Below, piece after piece: positions 23,648 to 34,547 of a DNA stretch of 41,357 bases. The notes under the pieces are model-generated. The model searched no databases and had not been told where the DNA came from. It was given only the letters and a program-made list of their open reading frames with translations. Origin of the DNA: Nemertoderma westbladi. Lineage: Eukaryota > Animalia > Xenacoelomorpha. Position 1 is the first letter of the stretch. Each line of letters starts with the position of its first letter. A program made the translations under genes and the position numbers. The stretch lies in the NCBI GenBank assembly GCA_032718475.1, contig JAUCBJ010000037.1:1-41357 (forward strand), read 5' to 3'.

Positions 23648-24065
23648 GTATGGGCGCAAATTATAAACTGTAACACTTAATATAGTACATCAATTTAATG
23701 GTTTGTTGAATTATTAATTTTTATTGAATTTAAAAGAATCACATTAAGTAGAAATCATGCATCTGACTACTGCTAAACAAAAATTCAGTCCAGAATAGGG
23801 ACCGCCGCGCCGCGCGGCTATTGTACCAAAGTACAAATACAATATTGCAACTCTGGCTTGTATAAACAAACATGCTACCCTAAACTCGACACGACGCCCC
23901 TTAATACAGACAGGAGGCAGAGATAATGTTACGGTATGCTGAAATGAATGATATAGAAAGAAGGCCTATTTAATACCTATTATATATATCCCTATTGCAC
24001 CTATAAGGGTATTTCCTCTGCTGCTATTGGATGGCCGTTTCCTACTGTCCCAATTAACAGCCAAT

Positions 24066-26709
24066 CGCGATTTTTTTCGCGAGATGTGTATTTTTCTCGC
24101 GAGTTTAATCATTTATCTCGCGAGATTAATTATTTTCTCGCGAGTTTAATCATTTATCTCGCGAGATTAATTATTTTCTCGCGAGTTTAATCATTTATCT
24201 CGCGAGATTAATTATTTTCTCGCGAGATTAATTATTTTCTCGCGAGTTTAATTATTTTCTCGCGAGTTTAATCATTTATCTCGCGAGATTAATTATTTTC
24301 TCGTGGGATTAATTATTTTCTCGCGAGTTTAATCATTTATCTCGCGAGATTAATTATTTTCTCGCGAGTTTAATCATTTATCTCGCGAGATTAATTATTT
24401 TCTCGCGAGTTGAATCATTTATCTCGCGAGATTAATTATTTTCTCGCGTGTTTAATCATTTATCTCGCGAGATTAATTATTTTCTCGCGAGTTTAATCAT
24501 TTATCTCGCGAGATTAATTATTTTCTCGCGAGATTAATCATTTATCTCGCGAGTTTAATCATTTATCTCGCGAGATTAATTATTTTCTCGCGAGTTTAAT
24601 CATTTATCTCGCGAGATTAATCATTTATCTCGCGAGTTTAATCATTTATCTCGCGAGATTAATTATTTTCTCGCGAGTTTAATCATTTATCTCGCGAGAT
24701 TAATTATTTTCTCGCGAGTTTAATCATTTATCTCGCGAGATTAATTATTTTCTCGCGAGTTTAATCATTTATCTCGCGAGATTAATTATTTTCTCGCGAG
24801 TTTAATCATTTATCTCGCGAGTTTAATCATTTATCTCGCGAGATTAATTATTTTCTCGCGAGTTTAATCATTTATCTCGCGAGATTAATTATTTTCTCGC
24901 GAGTTGAATTATTTATCTCGCGAGATTAATTATTTTCTCGCGTGTTTAATCATTTATCTCGCGAGATTAATTATTTTCTCGCGAGTTTAATCATTTATCT
25001 CGCGAGATTAATTATTTTCTCGCGAGATTAATCATTTATCTCGCGAGTTTAATCATTTATCTCGCGAGATTAATTATTTTCTCGCGAGTTTAATCATTTA
25101 TCTCGCGAGATTAATTATTTTCTCGCGAGTTTAATCATTTATCTCGCGAGATTAATTATTTTCTCGCGAGTTTAATCATTTATCTCGCGAGATTAATTAT
25201 TTTCTCGCGAGTTTAATCATTTATCTCGCGAGATTAATTATTTTCTCGCGAGTTTAATCATTTATCTCGCGAGATTAATTATTTTCTCGCGAGTTTAATC
25301 ATTTATCTCGCGAGATTAATTATTTTCTCGCGAGTTTAATCATTTATCTCGCGAGATTAATTATTTTCTCGCGAGTTTAATCACTTATCTCGCGAGATTA
25401 ATTATTTTCTCGCGAGTTTAATCATTTATCTCGCGAGTTTAATCATTTATCTCGCGAGATTAATTATTTTCTCGCGAGTTTAATCGTTTATCTCGCGAGA
25501 TTAATTATTTTCTCGCGAGTTGAATCATTTATCTCGCGAGATTAATTATTTTCTCGCGTGTTTAATCATTTATCTCGCGAGATTAATTATTTTCTCGCGA
25601 GTTTAATCATTTATCTCGCGAGATTAATTATTTTCTCGCGAGATTAATCATTTATCTCGCGAGTTTAATCATTTATCTCGCGAGATTAATTATTTTCTCG
25701 CGAGTTTAATCATTTATCTCGCGAGATTAATTATTTTCTCGCGAGTTTAATCATTTATCTCGCGAGATTAATTATTTTCTCGCGAGTTTAATCATTTATC
25801 TCGCGAGATTAATGATTTTCTCGCGAGTTTAATCATTTATCTCGCGAGATTAATTATTTTCTCGCGAGTTTAATCATTTATCTCGCGAGATTAATTATTT
25901 TCTCGCGAGTTTAATCATTTATCTCGCGAGATTAATTATTTTCTCGCGAGTTTAATCATTTATCTCGCGAGATTAATTATTTTCTCGCGAGTTTAATCAT
26001 TTATCTCGCGAGATTAATTATTTTCTCGCGAGTTTAATCATTTATCTCGCGAGATTAATTATTTTCTCGCGAGTTTAATCATTTATCTCGCGAGATTAAT
26101 TATTTTCTCGCGAGTTTAATCATTTATCTCGCGAGATTAATTATTTTCTCGCGAGTTTAATCATTTATCTCGCGAGTTTAATCATTTATCTCGCGAGATT
26201 AATTATTTTCTCGCGAGTTTAATCATTTATCTCGCGAGATTAATTATTTTCTCGCGAGTTGAATCATTTATCTCGCGAGATTAATTATTTTCTCGCGTGT
26301 TTAATCATTTATCTCGCGAGATTAATTATTTTCTCGCGAGTTTAATCATTTATCTCGCGAGATTAATTATTTTCTCGCGAGATTAATCATTTATCTCGCG
26401 AGTTTAATCATTTATCTCGCGAGATTAATTATTTTCTCGCGAGTTTAATCATTTATCTCGCGAGATTAATTATTTTCTCGCGAGTTTAATCATTTATCTC
26501 GCGAGATTAATTATTTTCTCGCGAGTTTAATCATTTATCTCGCGAGATTAATTATTTTCTCGCGAGTTTAATCATTTATCTCGCGAGATTAATTATTTTC
26601 TCGCGAGTTTAATCATTTATCTCGCGAGATTAATTATTTTCTCGCGAGTTTAATCATTTATCTCGCGAGATTAATTATTTTCTCGCGTGTTTAATCATTT
26701 ATCTCGCGA
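24066..26709. repeat. Satellite of alternating 21- and 20-bp monomers (41-bp dimer), each with CTCGCGAG
   Basis: TTTAATCATTTATCTCGCGAG + ATTAATTATTTTCTCGCGAG, roughly 125-130 monomers; recurring variant blocks indicate higher-order structure. Confidence 0.96.
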
Positions 26710-26773
26710 CTAAATTCAGAAGAATATCAAGGGGAAATAAAATGTCGAATAAAAATACTAAAAGTATGCCATA

Positions 26774-28475
26774 TAGAAGAGGTTAGTGGCTGGGTGGGTG
26801 ATGGTAGAATTTCTCTAGAAGAGGTTAGTGGTTGGGTGGGTGATGGTAGAATTTCTTTAGAAGAGGTTAGTGGCTGGGTGGGTGATGGTAGAATTTCTCT
26901 AGAAGAGGTTAGTGATTGGGTGGGTGATGGTAGAATATCTCTAGAAGAGGTTAGTGGTTGGGTGGGTGATGGTAGAATATCTCTAGAAGAGGTTAGTGGT
27001 TGGGTGGGTGATGGTAGAATATATCTAGAAGAGGTTAGTGGCTGGGTGGGTGATGGTAGAATATCTCTAGAAGAGGTTAGTGGTTGGGTGGGTGATGGTA
27101 GAATATCTCTAGAAGAGGTTAGTGGTTGGGTGGGTGATGGTAGAATTTCTCTAGAAGAGGTTAGTGGCTGGGTGGGTGATGGTAGAATTTCTCTAGAAGA
27201 GGTTAGTGGCTGGGTGGGTGATGGTAGAATTTCTCTAGAAGAGGTTAGTGGCTGGGTGGGTGGGTGATGGTAGAATTTCTTTAGAAGAGGTTAGTGGCTG
27301 GGTGGGTGATGGTAGAATTTCTCTAGAAGAGGTTAGTGGTTGGGTGGGTGATGGTAGAATTTCTCTAGAAGAGGTTAGTGGTTGGGTGGGTGATGGTAGA
27401 ATTTCTCTAGAAGATGTTAGTGATTGGATGGGTGATGGTAGAACTTATTTAGAAGAGGTTAGTGGCTGTGTGGGTGATGGTAGAATTTCTCTAGAAGAGG
27501 TTAGTGGCTGGGTGGGTGATGGTAGAATTTCTCTAGAAGAGGTTAGTGGCTGGGTGGGTGGGTGATGGTAGAATATCTCTAGAAGAGGTCAGTGATTGGG
27601 TGGGTGATGGTAGAATTTCTCTAGAAGAGGTTAGTGGCTGGGCGGGTGATGGTAGAACTTATTTAGAAGAGGTTAGTGGCTGGCTGGGTGGGTGGGTGAT
27701 GGTAGAATTTCTCTAGAAGAGGTTAGTGGCTGGGTGGGTGATGGTAGAACTTATTTAGAAGAGGTTAGTGGCTGGGTGGGTGGGTGATGGTAGGATTTCT
27801 CTAGAAGAGGTTAGTGATTGGGTGGGTGATGGTAGAATTTATCTAGAAGATGTTAGTGGTTGGGAGGGTGATGGTAGAATTTCTCTAGAAGAGGTTGGTG
27901 GCTGGGTGGGTGGGTGATGGTAGAATTTCTCTAGAAGAGGTTAGTGATTGGGTGGGTGATGGTAGAATTTATCTAGAAGAGGTTAGTGGTTGGGAGGGTG
28001 ATGGTAGAATTTCTCTAGAAGAGGTTAGTGGTTGGGTGGGTGATGGTAGAACTTATTTAGAAGAGGTTAGTGGCTGGGTGGGTGGGTGATGGTAGAATTT
28101 CTCTAGAAGAGGTTAGTGATTGGGTGGGTGATGGTATAATTTTTCTAGAAGAGGTTAGTGATTGGGTGGGTGATGGTAGAATTTATCTAGAAGAGGTTAG
28201 TGGCTGGGTGGGTGGGTGATGGTAGAATTTCTCTAGAAGAGGTTAGTGATTGGGTGGGTGATGGTAGAATTTTTCTAGAAGAGGTTAGTGATTGGGTGGG
28301 TGATGGTAGAATTTATCTGGAAGAGGTTAGTGGCTGGGTGGGTGGGTGATGGTAGAATTTCTCTCGAAGAGGTTAGTGATTGGGTGGGTGATGGTAGAAT
28401 TTTTCTAGAAGAGGTTGGTGATTGGGTGGGTGATGGTAGAATTTATCTAGAAGAGTTGGTGGTTGGGTGGGTGAT
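26774..28475 (+). repeat. 42-bp exon 3 donor array, right part (about 40 copies, progressively diverging)
   Basis: Same unit as 20195-22298, with more substitutions and GGGT slippage toward the 3' end. Confidence 0.94.
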
Positions 28476-28622
28476 TGAGGAATATATATAATTCGTGGGT
28501 GGATATCTCCAGAGGAGGACGTGGTTTTTGGTAGGTGACGGTACGGTTCACTGGAAGAGGGAAGAGCTTGCATACCATTGACATTATTCAGTTCCACTTC
28601 ACTCCACATCATTTTGTTTTAG

Positions 28623-28766
28623 ATGACTTCGATATTGCCCACAGACCAAAACTTCATTCTATTGTTTCAACGGGATCAGAAACTAACATCGAGTGTTGAA
28701 CTTCTCACATTGTGGCGAAAATACGACCTGGACAAGACTGGCTTTATTAACCAACAAGAACTTAAA
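28623..28766 (+). CDS. Calbindin/secretagogin-like, exon 4
   Basis: TTTTAG| MTSILPTDQNFILLFQRDQKLTSSVELLTLWRKYDLDKTGFINQQELK |GTTAGT; matches the family signature LPxEENFLLLF...SSVEFMxxWRKYD. Confidence 0.92.
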
Positions 28767-28883
28767 GTTAGTTTTTAAAAATACAATTATTATAGCTGGC
28801 TATAAGACCGAATAATAATAATAATAACATAACTGTTTGTAATTTAACCTATTAGTTAAATTCATGTTTATTAATTTTTGCAG

Positions 28884-29067
28884 CTCTTTGTAAAAGATTG
28901 GATCGAGAAAGCCAATCCTTCAGGTGTGACAGACCAAAAGTTAGACGAATACGTTCAATGCATCCTAAAGAACTTTGTCAAGGAAGATAAACTCTCTTTA
29001 CATGACATGGCGAGATTGTTAGACACACGGACTAACTTTCTGGTTGAGTTTGAAGATGCATCGAAAG
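28884..29067 (+). CDS. Calbindin/secretagogin-like, exon 5
   Basis: TTTTGCAG| LFVKDWIEKANPSGVTDQKLDEYVQCILKNFVKEDKLSLHDMARLLDTRTNFLVEFEDASK-G |GTAATA, phase 1; KLxEY and MARLL..NFL signatures. Confidence 0.9.
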
Positions 29068-29199
29068 GTAATAGTTGTGATTATAATATATATTGTCTTT
29101 ATATCTATTATTGTCATCATGCACTTCTAGTAACTAACACACAATTAAATGATGTTTCGTTTATTCGTATTGCAGTTTATATATAAGAATATAGATTAT

Positions 29200-31130
29200 G
29201 GTGTCACTCTCGGTGCTTTTTGTTTTAGGCAGAGAGAAGGGTGTCACTCTCAGTGCTTTTTGTTTTAGGCAGAGAGAAGGGTGTCACTCTCAATGATTTT
29301 TGTTTTAGGTAGAGAGAAGGGTGTCACTCTCAGTGCTTTTTGTTTTAGGTAGAGAGAAGGGTGTCACTCTCAGTGCTTTTTGTTTTAGGTAGAGAGAAGG
29401 GTGTCACTCTCAGTGATTTTTGTTTTAGGTAGAGAGAAGGGTGTCACTCTCAATGCTTTTTGTTTTAGGTAGAGAGAAGGGTGTCACTCTCAGTGATTTT
29501 TGTTTTAGGTAGAGAGAAGGGTGTCACTCTCAATGCTTTTTGTTTTAGGTAGAGAGAAGGGTGTCACTCTCGGTGCTTTTTGTTTTAGGTAGAGAGAAGG
29601 GTGTCACTCTCAGTGATTTTTGTTTTAGGTAGAGAGAAGGGTGTCACTCTCAATGCTTTTTGTTTTAGGTAGAGAGAAGGGTGTCACTCTCGGTGCTTTT
29701 TGTTTTAGGTAGAGAGAAGGGTGTCACTCTCAGTGATTTTTGTTTTAGGTAGAGAGAAGGGTGTCACTCTCAGTACTTTTTGTTTTAGGTAGAGAGAAGG
29801 GTGGCACTCTCGGTGCTTTTTGTTTTAGGTAGAGAGAAGGGTGTCACTATCAGTGCTTTTTGTTTTAGGTAGAGAGAAGGGTGTCACTCTCAGTGATTTT
29901 TGTTTTAGGTAGAGAGAAGGGTGTCACTCTCAGTACTTTTTGTTTTAGGTAGAGGGAAGGGTGTCACTCTCAGTGCTTTTTGTTTTAGGTAGAGAGAAGG
30001 GTGTCACTATCAGTGCTTTTTGTTTTAGGTAGAGAGAAGGGTGTCACTCTCGGTGCTTTTTGTTTTAGGTAGAGAGAAGGGTGTCACTATCAGTGCTTTT
30101 TGTTTTAGGTAGAGAGAAGGGTGGCACTCTCGGTGCTTTTTGTTTTAGGTAGAGAGAAGGGTGTCACTATCAGTGCTTTTTGTTTTAGGTAGAGAGAAGG
30201 GTGTCACTCTCAGTGATTTTTGTTTTAGGTAGAGAGAAGGGTGTCACTCTCAGTACTTTTTGTTTTAGGTAGAGGGAAGGGTGTCACTCTCGGTGCTTTT
30301 TGTTTTAGGTAGAGAGAAAGGTGTCACTCTCAGTGCTTTTTGTTTTAGGTAGAGAGAAGGGTGTCACTCTCGGTGCTTTTTGTTTTAGGTAGAGAGAAGG
30401 GTGTCACTATCAGTGCTTTTTGTTTTAGGTAGAGAGAAGGGTGTCACTCTCGGTGCTTTTTGTTTTAGGTAGAGAGAAGGGTGTCACTATCAGTGCTTTT
30501 TGTTTTAGGTAGAGAGAAGGGTGTCACTCTCAGTGATTTTTGTTTTAGGTAGAGAGAAGGGTGTCACTCTCAGTACTTTTTGTTTTAGGTAGAGAGAAGG
30601 GTGGCACTCTCGGTGCTTTTTGTTTTAGGTAGAGAGAAGGGTGTCACTATCAGTGCTTTTTGTTTTAGGTAGAGAGAAGGGTGTCACTCTCAGTGATTTT
30701 TGTTTTAGGTAGAGAGAAGGGTGTCACTCTCAGTACTTTTTGTTTTAGGTAGAGGGAAGGGTGTCACTCTCAGTGCTTTTTGTTTTAGGTAGAGAGAAGG
30801 GTGTCACTATCAGTGCTTTTTGTTTTAGGTAGAGAGAAGGGTGTCACTCTCAGTGATTTTTGTTTTAGGTAGAGAGAAGGGTGTCACTCTCAGTGCTTTT
30901 TGTTTTAGGTAGAGAGAAGGGTGTCACTCTCGGTGCTTTTTGTTTTAGGTAGAGAGAAGGGTGTCACTCTCAATGATTTTTGTTTTAGGTAGAGAGAAGG
31001 GTGTCACTCTCAGTGATTTTTGTTTTAGGTAGAGAGAAGGGTGTCACTATCAGTGCTTTTTGTTTTAGGTAGAGAGAAGGGTGTCACTCTAAAATATTTT
31101 TGTTTTAGGTAGAGAGAAGGGTGTCACTCT
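29200..31130 (+). repeat. 40-bp tandem array (48 acceptor copies) spanning the exon 6 splice acceptor
   Basis: Unit CAGTGCTTTTTGTTTTAG|GTAGAGAGAAGGGTGTCACTCT = 18 nt of acceptor + first 22 nt of exon 6; AG ends at 29228, 29268 ... 31108. Confidence 0.97.
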
Positions 31131-31236
31131 AAAAGATTTCGAAAAGGTTTTTAACTATTACGATAAATCTCAAACGGGTTACCTTGAAAATGAAGAAATT
31201 GATGCTTTCGTCAAGGATTTCTTTGAGTTGGCTTAT
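31109..31236 (+). CDS. Calbindin/secretagogin-like, exon 6
   Basis: TTTTAG| (G)REKGVTLKDFEKVFNYYDKSQTGYLENEEIDAFVKDFFELAY |GTAAGT; EF-hand 5; phase agrees with exon 5. Confidence 0.88.
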
Positions 31237-31380
31237 GTAAGTTTTCTGTCATCAATCTTTAAATGTAGGTAGATCCTCTGCGCACAGTTTTTCAACTTTG
31301 GTGTAATTAATTTGACATTATGGACGAAGCAAAGCGAAAAAAAACAAAATTCACCTTTTGATAGAGTTAAATATATTTAT

Positions 31381-31472
31381 TTAAAGTAAATTCAATTTAC
31401 TTTAAGTTAATTAAATTTACTTTTTTAAGTAAATTTAATTTGCTTTAAGTAAATTAAATTTACTTTAAGTAA
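31381..31472. repeat. Short AT-rich quasi-palindromic tandem repeat (about 21-bp unit, about 4 copies)
   Basis: TTAAGTAAATTAAATTTACT-like units. Confidence 0.6.
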
Positions 31473-31663
31473 AGCCTATTGAGCCTGGTTTCAGCTGGTA
31501 GGATTAACCTGTTCACAACCTTTTGCTATGGAAGCCTGAAAACAAGAATAGACGTGGTGGACAGCCAATGGCTTGCCAATGGCCTGCTCAAGTAAATCGG
31601 ACTTCAGAATAGGGATGAACTGGGAAATTGTATGGCTGGCCGTAAGATCTGGGTGCGCTGTTG

Positions 31664-32730
31664 TTGTGTCCGCCGGTAGGGGGTGCTATGTTTCTGGGTC
31701 CGCCGGTAGGGGGTATTATGTTTCTGGGTACGCCGGTAGGGGGCGGTATTTTTATGGGTCTGTCGGTAGGAGGCGCCATGTTTCTGGGTCCGCCGGTCGG
31801 GGGTGCTATGTTTTTGGGTCCGCCGGTTGGGACTGCTATGTTTGTGGGTCCACCGGTAGAGGGTGCTATGTTTCTGGGTCCGCCGGTAGGGGCTGCTATG
31901 TTTGTGTGTCCGCCGGTATGGAGTGCTATGTTTTTGGGTCCGCCGGTTGGGACTGCTATGTTTGTGGGTCCACCGGTAGAGGGTGCTATGTTTCTGGGTC
32001 CGCCGGTAGGGGCTGCTATGTTTGTGTGTCCGCCGGTTGGGGGTACTATGTTTTTGGGTCCGCCGGTTGGGAGTGCTATGTTTTTAGGTCCGCCAGTAGG
32101 GGGTGCTATGTTTCTGGGTCCGCCGCCGCTAGGGGGTGCTATGTTTCTGGGCACGCCGGTAGTGGGTGGTATTTTAATGGGTACGCGCCGGTAGGGGCCC
32201 CTAAGTTTCTGGGCCCGCCGGTAGGGGGTGCTATGTTTCTGGGTCCGTCGGTAGGGGGTGCTATGTTTTTGGGTCCGCCGGTAGGGGGTACTATGTTTCT
32301 GGGTCCGCCGGTAGGGGGTGCTATGTTTGTGGGTCCGCCGGTAGGGGCTGCTATGTTTCTGGGTCCGCCGGTAGGGGGTGCTATGTTTTTGGGTCCGCCG
32401 GTAGGGGGTGCTATGTGTCTGGGTCCGCAGGTAGGGGCTGCTATGTTTGTGGGTCCGCCGGTAGGGGCTGCTATGTTTCTGGGTCCGCCGGTAGGGGGTG
32501 CTATGTTTTTGGGTCCGCTGGTAGTGGGTGCTCTGTTTCTGGGTACGCCGGTAGGGGGCGGTATTTTTATGGGTCCGCCGGTAGGGGCTGCTATGTTTGT
32601 GGGTCCGCCGGTAGGGGCTGCTATGTTTCTGGGTCTGCCGGTTAGGGCGCTATGTTTCTGTGTTCCCGGGAAGGGGCTGCTATGTTTCTGGGTCCGCCGG
32701 TAGGGGGCGCTATGTTTGTGGGTCCCGTAG
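31664..32730. repeat. 30-bp GC-rich minisatellite (about 35 copies) in intron 6
   Basis: Unit GGGTCCGCCGGTAGGGGGTGCTATGTTTCT with many variants. Confidence 0.95.
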
Positions 32731-33133
32731 AGGACTCTTTCTTCATTTTTTAAGTTGACATCCATAATGACGAAAGGCAGACCAATCAAACATACATGTT
32801 TCATGTAAGTTGGCGAGGTGGTGAAGCGGTACTCACTGTATGCGCATACAATGGCGCCTAAATAATAATAATTTAATATAAAATATAAATATAAAAATGG
32901 CTCATACCATTTTTACCTTAAAAGTTTTCAGATTAATGCAGATTCTGCTTAGAACTTAGCAATTTTCTGTACCAAGTCGTATAGTGCATAAGGTGTCCTA
33001 CCCTGTCGAAGACACCTACCTCAATAATTTGTTATATTCAAAGATATGCGACCGAACCATTATATTGGCCCGGCTTATGGGCTTATATATTATTTAGTTA
33101 TATAATTAATGATTATCGCAAACATATTTACAG

Positions 33134-33268
33134 CCTGGGATTACCATTGGACAAATAGATCGATTTAAAGGCGGCCTAATGGGCCTGTGCAAAGTCGACC
33201 AGGATAAGGACGGGAAGATAAGCAAAAAGGAGCTAGCCATGATATTAATCAACGCTAAGGACAAGTGA
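33134..33268 (+). CDS. Calbindin/secretagogin-like, exon 7 (last)
   Basis: TTTACAG| PGITIGQIDRFKGGLMGLCKVDQDKDGKISKKELAMILINAKDK*; EF-hand 6; AATAAA at 33509 and 33548. Total CDS 870 nt = 289 aa. Confidence 0.88.
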   Translation, partial: PGITIGQIDRFKGGLMGLCKVDQDKDGKISKKELAMILINAKDK

Positions 33269-34547
33269 TTAGAAAGAATGCCACAAGATACAATATAATA
33301 TTTCCGTGGTAAAGGTATACTTTCGCCGTAATCCTTAAACTAGCAGCTACTTTCATTATAGTCACTGATATCGTGTTTTATATTCATGTATTTCTACTTA
33401 AGTTTTTTTCATGTATTGTTGTTGTTTATACTATAATTTAAACTCATTTCAATATTTAGTATTACAAGTTGATCAACCATTTTTACCTGGATTGTATTTT
33501 GTTTATACAATAAACTCAATGAAATGAATTTCGACATTTAGTTCTACAATAAATGTGACCATCGTTAAGATTTGTGTCTTTAATATTATTTTAATGCTGT
33601 TGTTTCCGCAGTTTTCATATATCTTAGATTTTCCTTTGTGGTAACTTTATATTCCTTGAATTTTGATTTTGCATGAGTTTTATTCATGTAATTGTTTGTG
33701 CATCTTTGCTAACTATTTTGTTGAACTTCTGCAGATAATATGCGACAGCATCTTATTGTGTTTCTTTTGTGTGTCATTTTTGCATAAAGTAAATAAAATG
33801 GTGCAATCATTGTGGTTTGAAATCCTAATTTTTTTAATTTTAAAAATTTGCACTGGAATAATGGAATAATATTGAATAACCATTAACAATAAGCGATATC
33901 TGATTATTTGTATTTATGATGAAAATTTTGTTAGCAAAGTTGCGAATTTTATACTTCTCTCAAACTTCATTTACTAACATACCTTTGAAAGCATTTATTG
34001 GAAAAATGTCAATTTAGATATAAAAATTATGTTAGAGATTTAAGAGAAACAATATGTGAAATAATATATATTAGGTAGGCCCAAGAATTATGTTCATATC
34101 GTCCTAGTGTTATGACGGAACTGGTTATAAATCATTGCATTTGCTAAAATCGAATTCCTGCCTGACTGCTGTAATGAAACATAATTACACGCTTATTATT
34201 AATTTATGCATTGCAATTGCGACTTGTAAACGAATCATTCTTTCACATTCATTTAATCAGGTTGCTCCGCTGTGCTAATAAACTTATTAGGGATTTGCAA
34301 AGAATTTGTTGTTCCCGTTTGTATTTATATTATAAATACTCCAATGTTAATTATCAGCATTATTACGTATAAATATAGAAACATTTATATTCAAGATTAA
34401 AACTTAGAGACTCAATACTCGAGTGCAAATATCTGAAATCAAACATCAAGTAGTCTTCATCATTTAATCACCAAAGTTTTGGAACAAAGTGTTACTGTAG
34501 TGATTGGGTTGCGTCATGACCTATAATTACCTATAAATACTATAAAT

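Larger units (their letters stand above)
22297..26773 (-). mobile_element. About 4.5-kb composite insertion interrupting the 42-bp array; probable DNA-transposon derivative
   Basis: Array unit is split in register (AGAATATATC | insert | TAGAAGAGG; a TA duplication is also possible). Right end ...GCCATA. Contains an ORF, nested MITEs and a satellite. Confidence 0.7.

Noticed and set aside
22299-26776. Helitron interpretation of the intron 3 insert (starts TCTATAAT)
   Set aside because: No 3' hairpin + CTRR end, and the host junction is not A|T.
20567-28491. Many GDGRISLEEVSGWV repeat ORFs as independent genes
   Set aside because: They are translations of the stop-free 42-bp array, broken by 4-nt slippage; only the first unit belongs to a supported exon.
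31573-32804. Long Gly/Pro-rich ORFs on both strands
   Set aside because: Open in several frames because the 30-bp unit largely lacks stops; frameshifted mid-array; no domain similarity.
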